Assembly (NCBI GenBank): GCA_020632535.1
Contig: JACKFJ010000001.1
Coordinates: forward strand, 282,890 to 346,889
DNA length: 64,000 bases
DNA from: Candidatus Omnitrophota bacterium
GTDB taxonomy: Bacteria > Omnitrophota > Gorgyraeia > Zapsychrales > JANLHA01
Direction: 5' to 3'
Below the pieces are notes generated by a model. The model was not told the DNA's origin. It ran no database searches and worked only from the letters and a program-made list of their open reading frames with translations. This document shows positions 17,870 through 29,753 of the stretch, piece by piece. The position numbers and the translations under genes are program-made. Every line of letters begins with the position of its first letter. The stretch's first letter is position 1.

Positions 17870-19078
17870 ATGGATAATAATGAATTGATGACAATTTTGG
17901 AACAATTGGAACGTGATAAGGGAATTGATAAAGAAATCCTTATTGAAGCTGTTGAAGCTGCGGTTGCTTCGGCGGCACGAAAGATTTTAAGTGTCGGCGA
18001 GGAAGAAGAAGTCAAAGTTGTTCTTAATCGTAAGACTGGAAAACTTAAGGCTTATGCCGGCGAGCAAGAGATCCGTTCTAGTGAATTTGGTCGTATTGCC
18101 GCACAAACGGCAAAGCAGGTTGTTATTCAGAAAATTCGTGAAGCGGAAAAAGATGTTGTTTATACGGAATACCAAGCTCGCATTGGCCAAATTATCAGTG
18201 GGAGTGTTTATCGTTTTGAAAAAGGTAATATTATTATCGACCTTGGGAAAACGGAAGGTTGCCTATTGCGCAATGAGCAATCGCCAAAGGAAGAGTTTAA
18301 ACAAGGCGATCGTGTCCGCGCTTATGTTCTTAATGTCAGCCGAGAAACAAAAGGACCACAAATCATTTTGTCACGGTCCAATCCGAGTTTTGTAAAGCGT
18401 TTATTTGAACTCGAAGTTCCAGAAATTTATGAAGGGATTGTTGAGGTCAAATCCATCGCTCGCGCAACAGGCGAAAGAACAAAGATCGCAGTGTATTCCA
18501 AGGATGATAAAGTTGATTGTGTGGGTGCGTGTGTTGGTATGCGCGGATCACGAGTTAAGAATATCGTCACAGAACTTCAGGGTGAGCGTATTGACATTGT
18601 TCGTTATTCTGAAGATATTAAGGAATATATTCAAGCCGCACTTTCGCCAGCCGAGATTTCGCAAATTCAGGTTAAATCAGAAGAGAAAAAGGCGAATTTG
18701 ATTGTGGCGGAAGATCAATTATCTTTGTCGATAGGAAAGCGTGGGCAAAATGTACGCTTAGCCAGCGAATTGGTCGGATGGGATTTGAATATTTTTACCG
18801 CAGATCAGTGGAAGAAGCATTTGGATGAACTTTTGGGTGGTGCCGGACCGGCTAAAGAAAGTACCGAAGATAAGGCAATCGATTCTTCGGCCGTTGGCAT
18901 GGAAGATCTTCCCGGTGTTGGTGAAAAGTTGTTGGAAGCGCTCAAAGAAGCAGGTTTTGATTCGCTTGAGAAAATCACGGAAGCAACACTTGAACAATTA
19001 ACTGAAGTCAAAGGCTTGGGGGAGGCTAAGGCAGAGAAAGTCATCGCTAAAGCCAAGGCTTTACTGAAAAAAGACTAA
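17870..19078 (+). CDS. nusA: transcription termination/antitermination factor NusA
   Basis: N-terminal domain, S1 and KH regions (GACVGMRGSRV, SLSIGKRGQNVRLA) and a C-terminal HhH-like tail. Confidence 0.95.
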   Translation: MDNNELMTILEQLERDKGIDKEILIEAVEAAVASAARKILSVGEEEEVKVVLNRKTGKLKAYAGEQEIRSSEFGRIAAQTAKQVVIQKIREAEKDVVYTEYQARIGQIISGSVYRFEKGNIIIDLGKTEGCLLRNEQSPKEEFKQGDRVRAYVLNVSRETKGPQIILSRSNPSFVKRLFELEVPEIYEGIVEVKSIARATGERTKIAVYSKDDKVDCVGACVGMRGSRVKNIVTELQGERIDIVRYSEDIKEYIQAALSPAEISQIQVKSEEKKANLIVAEDQLSLSIGKRGQNVRLASELVGWDLNIFTADQWKKHLDELLGGAGPAKESTEDKAIDSSAVGMEDLPGVGEKLLEALKEAGFDSLEKITEATLEQLTEVKGLGEAKAEKVIAKAKALLKKD

Positions 19079-19132
19079 AATTCAGCGTTTTGCGTGATAT
19101 GATAAGGAATATTTTTTTAATCAATTTTATAG

Positions 19133-21574
19133 GTGACTATGTTAGTTTCAGAATTAGCTAAGGAATTCAATACTACAACCGCTACGGTTTTAGAAAAGTT
19201 AAAAACATTGCGTCTTAAAGCTACGGGCGGCAGTCAAGATTTGAGTAAGGCTGTTGTGACTGTGTTGCGCAGCGAGCTTGTGAAGGATTTAAAAACTGCA
19301 ACGGCAGCGCGAGTGGCCGCCAAAGTTGTGAAATCACGAACAAAGGAAGTTGTCAAAGCTCCCGAACCTGAAAAGGTTGCTGAGACCAAGACGAAAAAAG
19401 GTGTTGTAAAGAAAACAGCGACGAAAAAAGGCTCTTCCAAAAAGAAGCCTATAGAATCCGCTTTAGAGGACTCTTCTCCCGAGGTAAGTCCCCTTGTCGA
19501 AAATGTGGCTACACCTGCTGTTGTCGAAGTAATAAAATCTGAAGTCAAAGAAGTTAAAGAATCAGTTACCGAAAAGGTCGAGGTTCCCGTTGTTTCACCT
19601 CCCGCAAAAGCTCCTGTCACGCCTCAAATTTTGAAACCCACGGCTGAAGAAGAAGCCAAGGGTTTTGTTCCGCTTAAGCCGTTGGCTAAAAAGAAACGTA
19701 AGGTCATGGGTCGCTCGGATTCGTCGTATCGAACGCCGGATGCGACGTCAACAGACGCATCTTCGGCTGCAGCACAAGCGGCTGCCTCTGCCGCTTTGCC
19801 GGAAGTGCCCCAAGAGTTAAAAGAATTGGAAGTGCAATTACCGATCTCTGTCAAAGATTTCGCTGTTCGTATTTCTGAGAAGACCAGCGTCGTTTTAAAA
19901 AAACTGATGGAGATGGGGGTTTTAGCGAATATCAATCAGAACTTGAGTGAAGAAGTTGTTCGCGCTTTAGCATTGGCTTTGGGGTATTCGATTACCAAAA
20001 TTAAAACGAAAGAAGAAAAACTTCTTGAAGTGCATAAGGCTGAGGAAGAAGATCCTTCCTTGTTAACTCCGCGCGGGCCGGTTGTTACATTTATGGGTCA
20101 TGTTGATCATGGGAAAACGTCTTTGCTCGACAGAATTCGCAAGAGTCGTGTGGCGGATCGTGAACATGGTGGGATTACGCAGCACATTGGTGCTTATTCG
20201 GTCAAAGTTCCTAAAGGCCGCATCACATTTTTGGATACTCCGGGACATGAGGCATTTACCGCGATGCGGGCTCGTGGCGCGCATATCACCGATATTGTTG
20301 TTATTGTTATTGCCGCAGATGAAGGCATTATGCCGCAGACGGAAGAGGCAATTGATCACGCCCGCGCGGCGGGTGTTCCGATTGTTATCGCGCTTAATAA
20401 AATTGACAAGCGCAATGCCGATGTTGATCGGGTTAAAAAACAATTAATGGAACATGACTTGAGTCCGGAAGATTGGGGCGGGAAAACGATTGTGGTTGGT
20501 GTTTCCGCAACAACCGGAGAGGGTATTGATAAGCTTTTGGAAATGATGTTTCTAGAATCGGAAATGTTGGAGCTTAAAGCGAATAGTCAGAAAAAATCTT
20601 CAGGAATTGTTATTGAAGCGCATATGAGCCGTGGCAAAGGGTCACTTGCGACATTGATTGTGCAAAGCGGAACGCTGCGTTCGGGAGATATGATTGTTGT
20701 TGGACCGTATTATGGTCGTGTCAAAGCCATGTTTGATGATTTTGAAAAGCCAATTACTGAGGCTGGTCCATCGATGCCTGTTGAAATTCTTGGTCTTCCG
20801 GGGGTTCCAGATGCCGGTGAAATGTTCTATGTTGTCGATAATGAAGATCAAGCGCGCGAAATCACGTCTGTGCGCGTGGAGCAGTTAAAACATGAGCGTT
20901 TACACGCGACGAGTAAGATCACGTTGGAAGATCTTTACACGCAGATTCAGCAAGGGAAGATTAAAGAATTAAACGTTATTCTTAAGGCTGACGTTCAGGG
21001 ATCTGTGGAAGCGATCAAAGACTCATTAAATAAAATTTCGACCGCAGAAGTCAAAGTCAATTTTATTCATACGGGTGTTGGTGATGTGAATGCCGCGGAT
21101 GTTATTCTGGCTTTTGCGTCGAGCGCGATTATTATCGCGTTTCAGGTTGGGACCGGACCTAAGGCTACGCTTGAACTCGAAAAACAGCCGGTAGATATTC
21201 GGCAGTATCGTATTATTTATGATGCCGTTAGCGACGTAAAGAAAGCCATGGAAGGGCTGCTTGAGCCGAAGAAGCGTCGCAAGTTTCTCGCGCGTGTGGA
21301 AGTTCGTCAGGTCTTTAAACTAAGCAAAGGTTATACCGTTGCGGGTTGTTATGTCCTTAAGGGTAAGATTCTTCGTAAGGCTAGCGTTGACGTTATTCGC
21401 GGTGGCGAGATCATTCATACCGGAGCGGTCGATGCCTTGAAACGTTTTAAGGATGATGTCAAGGAAGTTGGAGAAGGTTATGAGTGCGGTGTTTCTCTGG
21501 GGAAATTTGAAGCCTTTGAGCCGGGAGATATTATCGAAGCTTTTGAAACAGAATCAATCGCGCGAACATTGTAA
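19133..21574 (+). CDS. infB: translation initiation factor IF-2
   Basis: GTPase motifs [14 protein letters not shown] and NKID. Low-complexity K/E/P/V-rich N-terminal region. The start could be GTG 19133 or ATG 19139; an in-frame TAG at 19130 bounds it. Confidence 0.95.
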   Translation: MTMLVSELAKEFNTTTATVLEKLKTLRLKATGGSQDLSKAVVTVLRSELVKDLKTATAARVAAKVVKSRTKEVVKAPEPEKVAETKTKKGVVKKTATKKGSSKKKPIESALEDSSPEVSPLVENVATPAVVEVIKSEVKEVKESVTEKVEVPVVSPPAKAPVTPQILKPTAEEEAKGFVPLKPLAKKKRKVMGRSDSSYRTPDATSTDASSAAAQAAASAALPEVPQELKELEVQLPISVKDFAVRISEKTSVVLKKLMEMGVLANINQNLSEEVVRALALALGYSITKIKTKEEKLLEVHKAEEEDPSLLTPRGPVVTFMGHVDHGKTSLLDRIRKSRVADREHGGITQHIGAYSVKVPKGRITFLDTPGHEAFTAMRARGAHITDIVVIVIAADEGIMPQTEEAIDHARAAGVPIVIALNKIDKRNADVDRVKKQLMEHDLSPEDWGGKTIVVGVSATTGEGIDKLLEMMFLESEMLELKANSQKKSSGIVIEAHMSRGKGSLATLIVQSGTLRSGDMIVVGPYYGRVKAMFDDFEKPITEAGPSMPVEILGLPGVPDAGEMFYVVDNEDQAREITSVRVEQLKHERLHATSKITLEDLYTQIQQGKIKELNVILKADVQGSVEAIKDSLNKISTAEVKVNFIHTGVGDVNAADVILAFASSAIIIAFQVGTGPKATLELEKQPVDIRQYRIIYDAVSDVKKAMEGLLEPKKRRKFLARVEVRQVFKLSKGYTVAGCYVLKGKILRKASVDVIRGGEIIHTGAVDALKRFKDDVKEVGEGYECGVSLGKFEAFEPGDIIEAFETESIARTL

Positions 21575-21586
21575 TCACGTCCTATC

Positions 21587-22564
21587 ATGAGTAAAAAAAT
21601 CTTCAGCGGCATGCGCCCGACGGGAAAACTTCATCTCGGGCATTTGGTTGGCGCTCTTGCCAACTGGATCGAATTGCAGAAGAGTCATCCCTGTATTTTC
21701 TCGATTGTCGATTGGCATGCGTACATGGGCGAGTACGAGCAAAGCAAAGGGATTAAAGAAAATATCATTGATATGGCTGTGGATTGGCTCGCGTGTGGCA
21801 TTGACCCGGACAAATCTATTCTTTTCGTTCAATCCGAAGTTCCGGAACATTTAGAACTGGCGATGATTTTTGGTTCTCTGACGCCACTTGGTTGGCTTGA
21901 ACGCAATCCCACTTACAAAGAACAACTCCGTGAAATTACGACACGTGATTTGCAAACATTTGGGTTTTTAGGTTATCCGGTTTTGCAGGCCGCGGATATC
22001 TTGCTTTATAAAGCCAATGCGGTTCCCATCGGTGAAGACCAGTTGCCGCATTTGGAATTGACGCGCGAAATTGCCAGACGATTTAATTACTTGTATAAAA
22101 AAGAAATTTTTCCTGATTGCGAAGCGATTTTGACTCAAACGCCGCGGTTGTTAGGTCTCGATGGGCGCAAAATGAGTAAGAGTTATCAAAACGCGATTAA
22201 TCTTTCGGATTCATCTGATATGATCAAGTCGCGGGCCAAACAAATGGTGACTGATCCGCAGCGCGTTCGTCTGGCTGACCCCGGGCACCCCGAAGTTTGT
22301 AATGTGTACAGCTATTACAATGTTTTCTTTTCCGAAAAAAGTCCTGAAGTTTATGAATGGTGTACCAAAGCCCAGAAAGGGTGTACGGATTGCAAGGCTA
22401 TTCTTGCCGATGCGTTAATTCAATATCTCGCGCCGATTCAGCAGAAACGTGAAGAACTTTTAAAGAATCCGAAGCGTATCCGTGAAATATTAGACGAAGG
22501 ACAAAAAAAAGCCCGCGCTATTGCCCGCCAAACAATGCTTGAGGTCAAGGAGGCCATTTTTTAA
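21587..22564 (+). CDS. trpS: tryptophanyl-tRNA synthetase
   Basis: Class I motifs GKLHLGH (HIGH) and KMSKS. Confidence 0.95.
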   Translation: MSKKIFSGMRPTGKLHLGHLVGALANWIELQKSHPCIFSIVDWHAYMGEYEQSKGIKENIIDMAVDWLACGIDPDKSILFVQSEVPEHLELAMIFGSLTPLGWLERNPTYKEQLREITTRDLQTFGFLGYPVLQAADILLYKANAVPIGEDQLPHLELTREIARRFNYLYKKEIFPDCEAILTQTPRLLGLDGRKMSKSYQNAINLSDSSDMIKSRAKQMVTDPQRVRLADPGHPEVCNVYSYYNVFFSEKSPEVYEWCTKAQKGCTDCKAILADALIQYLAPIQQKREELLKNPKRIREILDEGQKKARAIARQTMLEVKEAIF

Positions 22565-23451
22565 TGAGTTATAAACTTAAGCTTGATATTTTTGAAGGTC
22601 CGCTTGATTTGCTTCTTTTTCTCATTAAGAAAAATGATATTGATATCGCGAACATCCCGATTACTAAAGTCACAGAGCAGTATCTTGAATATATTGAAAT
22701 GATGAAGATGCTTGATCTTGAGATCGTCGGAGAGTTTCTTGTTATGGCCGCGACACTTTTACAAATCAAGTCGCGGATGCTTTTGCCGCCAGATCCAGAT
22801 GGAATTCATGAAGATGAAATTGACCCTCGTGATGAATTGGTTCAACGCTTGCAGGAATATCGCGTGTTTAAAGAAATTGCTGAACAGCTTAAAGGGAAAG
22901 AGAATGAAAGACAGAATTTCTTTACGAGACAAATTGATGAAGAAGCCCGTAAGGAAATGGAGAATGACGCTAAGGAAGTCTTTTTTGAGGCCAGCCTTTT
23001 TGACTTGATTAATGCGTTTAGTACTGCGTTGAGCAAGATTAAAGAGGATAAAACATACGAAGTTTCTAAAGAAGAATTTACTGTTGAGCAAAAAATTCAT
23101 GATATTTTGCATTCACTTTTAAAAGAATCACGCTTATTGTTGACGGATATTTTTTCTAAGGCCAGAAGTAAGGTGGAAATGATTGTTTGCTTTATGGCCG
23201 TTTTAGAGCTGATCCGTTTGAAGGAAATTATTGTCGCGCAGAAAAGACTTTTTGCAGACATTGAAGTTTTGCGTAATTGTGACAATGTCATTCCAGCACA
23301 TGCTGAGGAAGTTGAGAATATTACGACAGCACCGGAAGAAAATGTCGCGTCGCAAGAACCAAGTGCAGATACGGCGGAAGAAGAAAATTCATCTGTAGCG
23401 GAAAAAGATCAAGAACCTTCAGAGCCAACGAAAGATTCGGAAAATGCCTGA
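22564..23451 (+). CDS. scpA: segregation and condensation protein A (kleisin)
   Basis: FEGPLDLLLFLIKKNDIDI N-terminus is typical of ScpA. Acidic C-terminal tail. Confidence 0.85.
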   Translation: MSYKLKLDIFEGPLDLLLFLIKKNDIDIANIPITKVTEQYLEYIEMMKMLDLEIVGEFLVMAATLLQIKSRMLLPPDPDGIHEDEIDPRDELVQRLQEYRVFKEIAEQLKGKENERQNFFTRQIDEEARKEMENDAKEVFFEASLFDLINAFSTALSKIKEDKTYEVSKEEFTVEQKIHDILHSLLKESRLLLTDIFSKARSKVEMIVCFMAVLELIRLKEIIVAQKRLFADIEVLRNCDNVIPAHAEEVENITTAPEENVASQEPSADTAEEENSSVAEKDQEPSEPTKDSENA

Positions 23452-24505
23452 ACTTCCCGACTTGCCAGAAACTCTCGAGCGCCGCAAGCTGATCCTTGAA
23501 CAGGAAACCGAAGAGGATAAAGTTGTTAGTCTGTCACTTCGTCCCTCCAAGCTTGATGAATTTACCGGTCAAAAAGATCTTGTTGAAAATTTACGCGTTT
23601 CATTAAAGGCCGCGACACAGCGTGGTGAGCCTCTTGAGCACATGCTTTTTTCTGGGCCACCGGGTTTAGGGAAAACATCCTTAGCCTATATCATTTCTCA
23701 TGAAATGGGTGTGCGTATCACGATTACGTCGGGACCAGCGATAACCCGCGCGGGTGATTTGATTGGGATTTTGACGAACTTGGAGCGGGGCGATATTTTG
23801 TTTATTGATGAAATCCATCGGCTTTCTAAAGTTGTGGAAGAATTTCTTTATCCCGCGATGGAGAATTTTAAGATTGATTTTATTGTCGACAAAGGGCCGT
23901 ATGCGCGTACTGTTAATTTTAATTTGAAGCCTTTTACAATTATCGGGGCGACAACACGAAGTGGTTTATTGGCTTCGCCTTTGCGTGATCGTTTTGGGAT
24001 TTTTCATCATTTGGAATTTTATAGTCCTGAGGATTTGCGGGATATTGTCATGTCTTCCGCAAGGAAACTTAATGTTGAGATTAACGCGGAAACTGCTATC
24101 GCAATTGCTCGTCGGGCACGCGGAACGCCGCGCATTGCCAATCGGTTATTGCGCCGAGTGCGTGATTTTGCGCAAGTTAAGACCGGCCGCCCCGTGATTG
24201 AATTAGAACTGGTTGGCGAGTCGATGCGGACTTTGCGCATTGATGAAATGGGTTTAGATGAAATTGATCGCCGACTTTTGCGTGTGATTAATGAGCAGTA
24301 TCAGGGCGGGCCCGTCGGTATTGAAACTTTAGCTGCGACTTTAAATGAAGAGGTTGACACGCTTGTTGATGTGTTGGAGCCCTATCTTTTAAAGATTGGA
24401 TTCTTAAAGCGTACCGCGCGCGGTCGAGAGATCACTGAATCTGCTTTGCGACATTTAGGTGCTGAAATCCTCCGCAGTAAAAAAATACATAACGAATTAT
24501 TTTGA
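23444..24505 (+). CDS. ruvB: Holliday junction branch migration ATPase RuvB
   Basis: LRPSKLDEFTGQ, Walker A GPPGLGKTS, FIDEIHRL and GTPRIANRLLRRVRD motifs. Confidence 0.95.
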   Translation: MPELPDLPETLERRKLILEQETEEDKVVSLSLRPSKLDEFTGQKDLVENLRVSLKAATQRGEPLEHMLFSGPPGLGKTSLAYIISHEMGVRITITSGPAITRAGDLIGILTNLERGDILFIDEIHRLSKVVEEFLYPAMENFKIDFIVDKGPYARTVNFNLKPFTIIGATTRSGLLASPLRDRFGIFHHLEFYSPEDLRDIVMSSARKLNVEINAETAIAIARRARGTPRIANRLLRRVRDFAQVKTGRPVIELELVGESMRTLRIDEMGLDEIDRRLLRVINEQYQGGPVGIETLAATLNEEVDTLVDVLEPYLLKIGFLKRTARGREITESALRHLGAEILRSKKIHNELF

Positions 24506-24515
24506 ACCAAATGCC

Positions 24516-24539
24516 AATTGCGGCCGCGCGGCCGCAATT
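24516..24539. repeat. perfect 24-bp GC-rich palindrome with two NotI sites
   Basis: AATTGCGGCCGC|GCGGCCGCAATT. Starts 11 nt after the ruvB stop and ends 16 nt before the cvpA-like start. Confidence 0.9.
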
Positions 24540-24554
24540 CAAATTTCAGCCAAT

Positions 24555-25283
24555 ATGTTTAATTTAACAGACTTAGTCTTTGGTTTTTTGGTTTTACTTT
24601 ATGCCTTTGGCGGGTGGCGGCAAGGTTTTGTCAAAAGTTTATTAGGCCCAATATCTTTTATTGTTTGCTTTGTCTTAGCTTGGATGTATTTTAAGAAGAC
24701 GCATAATATTTTAATTGCATTTTCAATTTCAATTCTTGGCCCATTTTTTATAAAAATGATTGCGTCTTGGATTATTGATGTGCAAAAGCCAACTGGGCCG
24801 GGGCCGCTGAATCGAGCTCTTGGGACTGTTGTTAGTTTGACTTGGGGAATGACCATTACCATTTTAATTATCATGTTTTTGGTTATCAGTCCTACGCCCA
24901 ATGTTCAGATGAAGTCAATTCGAAATAATGTTGTTGGATCCGCAGTATTTGCTTTGATTTCACCGCAATTAGCCAATTTCATGCCAATGCCTAAGGCAAG
25001 AGATCTTGGCAGCGAAAATATCGCGCCTGTTGAAACTACCACAGAGATGTCGGCTGCTGGTAATCCCACCGTTGACCCAGCTTTAATCAAAACCGTAGAA
25101 TATCAAAATGTCATCAATGACCCACGGATTCGAGATTTATATGATGATCCGGAAGTTAAGAAAATCATTGAGGATCAAGATTATATGAAGCTTTTGCAAA
25201 ATCCCAAATTTGCCAAAATTTTAGATGACCCGCAGTTAATCGGGAAGTTGTTGAAACTTCAGAGCAAAATAAGAAAGAATTAA
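24555..25283 (+). CDS. CvpA-family membrane protein with a C-terminal STI1/DP-like repeat tail
   Basis: Start moved to ATG 24555 (MFNLTDLVFGFLVLLYAFGGWRQGF, CvpA-like); the track start at 24459 overlaps ruvB and the palindrome. Four predicted TM helices, then the soluble tail. Confidence 0.65.
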   Translation: MFNLTDLVFGFLVLLYAFGGWRQGFVKSLLGPISFIVCFVLAWMYFKKTHNILIAFSISILGPFFIKMIASWIIDVQKPTGPGPLNRALGTVVSLTWGMTITILIIMFLVISPTPNVQMKSIRNNVVGSAVFALISPQLANFMPMPKARDLGSENIAPVETTTEMSAAGNPTVDPALIKTVEYQNVINDPRIRDLYDDPEVKKIIEDQDYMKLLQNPKFAKILDDPQLIGKLLKLQSKIRKN

Positions 25284-25285
25284 AT

Positions 25286-25501
25286 ATGTCGGATCTTGGA
25301 AAAACGCTTATTATAATCGGCGCTTTTATTCTTTTCATTGGAGTTGTTGTTATGTTTGTCGGAAAGATTCCCGGAGTGGGGAAGTTGCCTGGAGACTTTC
25401 TTATTAAGAAAGACAATTTCACATTTTATTTTCCATTATCGACGTGTATTTTACTGAGTGTTGTGTTAAGTTTAATTCTATATCTGTTTAATAAGCGATA
25501 A
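25286..25501 (+). CDS. small membrane protein, DUF2905-like
   Basis: Two hydrophobic helices flank GKLPGDFLIKKDNFTFYFP, which matches my recollection of the DUF2905 pattern. Confidence 0.6.
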   Translation: MSDLGKTLIIIGAFILFIGVVVMFVGKIPGVGKLPGDFLIKKDNFTFYFPLSTCILLSVVLSLILYLFNKR

Positions 25502-25510
25502 AGGATGGGC

Positions 25511-26698
25511 ATGTTAAATTTTAAACATTTGAATCTGCTTTTAGCGATTTTATTGATATTCGTTCAAGCATCTTTTGCGGTGGAAGCTGCGGCTGATAAT
25601 GGGCCTTTGATTCGCATTGCCATTGCCAAGGATATCGATGCCGTTGAGATTCAGATGACGGGTGCCTATGAAATTCTAAATCCTCTCACGCGTGAATCTT
25701 TGGAATCTGGTATGAAATTTACACCGACCGTTGTTACGAAAGGAAAGTCAGGGTTAATGCTGGGCAACAAGCAGTTTGCGGTTAATCGCATTCGTTTTTA
25801 CTGTCGTCGAGATGTGACCGTAGGTGTCAATAATAAAGAACGACGATATCGTGGTTTTGTTGATGTGGTCGTGACTCCAAATAATAAATTACTCGTCATC
25901 AATCAACTGGAAGTTGAAGATTATATTAAAGGCGTTCTTTATCATGAGGTTTCTAATCGCTGGCCGATGGAAGCGCTTAAAGTACAGGCCGTTGCCGCGC
26001 GCAGTTATGCTTTGTATCAGATTAAAGCTAGTGTGACTCGAGATTTTGATGTAACCAATGATATTTATTCTCAGGTTTATGGCGGACGTAATTCAGAACG
26101 GTACCGTACCAACTTGGCGGTTGACGGAACAAAGGGAGAAGTTTTGATGTTTCAAGGTAAGGTTTTGCCAGCATATTTTCATGCGACATGTGGTGGACAT
26201 ACTGAGAATTCAAAGGAATTGTGGCCAAGAGAATCTCTTTCTCCGCTTGAGGGTATACGGTGTATTTATTGCCGTGAGTCCCCGCATTATTTTTGGAAAA
26301 GAAATCTTCAATTGAAAGAAATTCAAGAAAAACTCAATGCTAAGGGTTTGAAGATCGGTTTGATTGATGATATTGCTGTCACACAGCGTAATCGAAGCGA
26401 GCGAATTTTGACTTTAATCATTACGGATAAACAAGGACAACAGTTAACGATATCCGGCAAAGATTTTCGTGAAATTGTTGGGCCCAACATTATTCGCAGT
26501 AATAATTATTACGTTGTTATGCAGGGTTATTATTGTGATTTTTTTGGTAAGGGTTGGGGGCATGGCGTCGGAATGTGTCAATGGGGTGCGCAGGGTATGG
26601 CAACTCAAGGATATCATTATGACAAAATTCTGCAGTTTTATTATCCGGGATCAACGATTAAAGTCATCAAAGGTTCTGATTCGATAAGGGCTTATTGA
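25511..26698 (+). CDS. SpoIID/LytB-domain protein (peptidoglycan remodelling)
   Basis: Signal peptide plus a SpoIID-like core (EDYIKGVLYHEV...EALKVQAVAARSYAL...QVYGG). Start taken at the second ATG, which is better spaced from AAAGGA. Confidence 0.8.
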   Translation: MLNFKHLNLLLAILLIFVQASFAVEAAADNGPLIRIAIAKDIDAVEIQMTGAYEILNPLTRESLESGMKFTPTVVTKGKSGLMLGNKQFAVNRIRFYCRRDVTVGVNNKERRYRGFVDVVVTPNNKLLVINQLEVEDYIKGVLYHEVSNRWPMEALKVQAVAARSYALYQIKASVTRDFDVTNDIYSQVYGGRNSERYRTNLAVDGTKGEVLMFQGKVLPAYFHATCGGHTENSKELWPRESLSPLEGIRCIYCRESPHYFWKRNLQLKEIQEKLNAKGLKIGLIDDIAVTQRNRSERILTLIITDKQGQQLTISGKDFREIVGPNIIRSNNYYVVMQGYYCDFFGKGWGHGVGMCQWGAQGMATQGYHYDKILQFYYPGSTIKVIKGSDSIRAY

Positions 26699-26701
26699 TC
26701 G

Positions 26702-27712
26702 ATGGACCTTCAAGATTTCGTTTACGACCTTCCCAAATCACTTATTGCGCAACATCCTTTGCCGAGGCGTGATCACGCGCGTCTGATGGTTATTGATCGC
26801 GCGGCGGGGACTATTCGTCACAGTCGCTTTGATGAGTTAGAAGCATTTTTACCACAGAAAAGTTTTTTTATACTCAATGACAGTAAGGTGATTCCGGCGC
26901 GCCTGTTTGGTCGTAAAGAGCGTAGCGATGGCATGGTCGAAATATTCTTACTCAAAAAGTTAATCGACGGGTATACTTATGAAGCGCTTTTGCGGCCAGC
27001 GAAGAAAATCCGCAGTGGTGATCGAATCAATTTTGAAAAGAGTTCGCTGTATGCAACGATTGTCGATGTTGACGCGCGATTGGTGAAATTTAATTATAAA
27101 AATATTATGCCGCATATTCAGCGTATTGGGCATATTCCTCTGCCGCCATATATTCGGCGGGATGATGAGAAATCGGATCATGAATTTTATCAAACTGTTT
27201 ATGCTAAGAATGCTGGGTCTGTCGCGGCGCCAACGGCGGGTTTGCATTTTACAAAGCCACATTTGCGAGCATTAGAAAAGAATGGGCATAAAATTCTTAG
27301 AACAACATTGCATGTGAATTACGCGACATTCAAAGCTGTTGAAGAAGAGGATGTCACGAAACACCACATGCATTATGAAAGCTATGAAATTTCAGCCGCT
27401 ACATTGCGTAAGATTAAGGCTAATCGTGCTGAAAATAAAAAGGCGATTGCCGTCGGAACAACAAGTTGCCGTGTGATAGAATCGGTGGCCAAGACCGGAA
27501 TATTAAAAGGGGAGACTAATCTTTTTATTTATCCGGGTTATCAATTTCGAATGACAGATGCTTTGCTCACGAATTTTCATTTGCCGTATAGTTCATTGTT
27601 GATGCTCGTTTTTGCATTTGGCGGAATGGATTTATTAAAGCGTGCGTACAACCAAGCGATTGAAAAAAAGTACCGTTTTTTTAGTTACGGTGATTGTATG
27701 TTGCTTCTATAA
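26702..27712 (+). CDS. queA: S-adenosylmethionine:tRNA ribosyltransferase-isomerase
   Basis: FDYDLP-like N-terminus (FVYDLPKSLIAQHP), GSVAAPTAGLHFT and VGTTSCR motifs. Confidence 0.95.
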   Translation: MDLQDFVYDLPKSLIAQHPLPRRDHARLMVIDRAAGTIRHSRFDELEAFLPQKSFFILNDSKVIPARLFGRKERSDGMVEIFLLKKLIDGYTYEALLRPAKKIRSGDRINFEKSSLYATIVDVDARLVKFNYKNIMPHIQRIGHIPLPPYIRRDDEKSDHEFYQTVYAKNAGSVAAPTAGLHFTKPHLRALEKNGHKILRTTLHVNYATFKAVEEEDVTKHHMHYESYEISAATLRKIKANRAENKKAIAVGTTSCRVIESVAKTGILKGETNLFIYPGYQFRMTDALLTNFHLPYSSLLMLVFAFGGMDLLKRAYNQAIEKKYRFFSYGDCMLLL

Positions 27713-27716
27713 CTAT

Positions 27717-28956
<1,240 letters not shown>

Positions 28957-28964
28957 GAAGAGTC

Positions 28965-29654
28965 ATGTTGCGTTTTGATATTATCACAATTTTCCCAGAA
29001 ATGTTTAGCGGTGTCGTTAACGAGTCAATCGTTAAGCGCGCGCAGGAAAAGAAAAGGGTTGTAATCCGCATTCATGATCTTCGTGATTACACGCATGATA
29101 ACCATAGAAAAGTTGATGATCGCCCCTTTGGTGGTGGTCCGGGAATGGTGATGATGCCTGAGCCTATTTTTGATGCGATGAAGAAAATTAAAGGGGCAAA
29201 AAAGGCGCATGTGATTTTGACATGCGCGGGTGGCACTCAATTTACACAGATCAAGGCGCAGGAACTTTCGAAAAAGAAAAATATTATTATGATCTGTGGT
29301 CATTATGAGGGTGTCGATGAACGCGTGCGTGAAGAGCTTGTTGACGAAAGCATTTCAATTGGTGATTATGTTTTGACCGGAGGAGAACTGCCGGCTATGG
29401 TCATGATTGACGCGATCACACGGCTTTTGCCGGGCGTTTTAGGGAAAGAAGAATCATTGACTTTTGAATCTTTTCAGAATGGTTTGCTCGAATATCCACA
29501 GTACACGCGTCCAGCAGATTATAAGGGTAAGAAAGTTCCAAAAGTTCTTTTGTCCGGTAATCACCAGGATATTGAGGCGTGGCGTCAGTCGCAAGCCTTA
29601 AAACGTACCCAGAAATATCGTCCGGATATTCTTAAGGGGCGTACTAAAGAATAA
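28965..29654 (+). CDS. trmD: tRNA (guanine37-N1)-methyltransferase
   Basis: [12 protein letters not shown]-terminus, [10 protein letters not shown] and [14 protein letters not shown] motifs. Confidence 0.95.
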   Translation: MLRFDIITIFPEMFSGVVNESIVKRAQEKKRVVIRIHDLRDYTHDNHRKVDDRPFGGGPGMVMMPEPIFDAMKKIKGAKKAHVILTCAGGTQFTQIKAQELSKKKNIIMICGHYEGVDERVREELVDESISIGDYVLTGGELPAMVMIDAITRLLPGVLGKEESLTFESFQNGLLEYPQYTRPADYKGKKVPKVLLSGNHQDIEAWRQSQALKRTQKYRPDILKGRTKE

Positions 29655-29655
29655 T

Positions 29656-29684
29656 TTGACAGAAAAGCCAAATTACGCTAGAAT
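29656..29684 (+). promoter_or_regulatory. sigma-70-type promoter upstream of rplS
   Basis: TTGACA (29656-61), 17-nt spacer, TAGAAT (29679-84). About 65-nt leader before rplS. Confidence 0.6.
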
Positions 29685-29753
29685 TGCACCACTTTCAAGG
29701 GAAAATTTATTTGTATATTCGACTGCTAAAGCGCGGTCCTAAGGAGAGCAATC

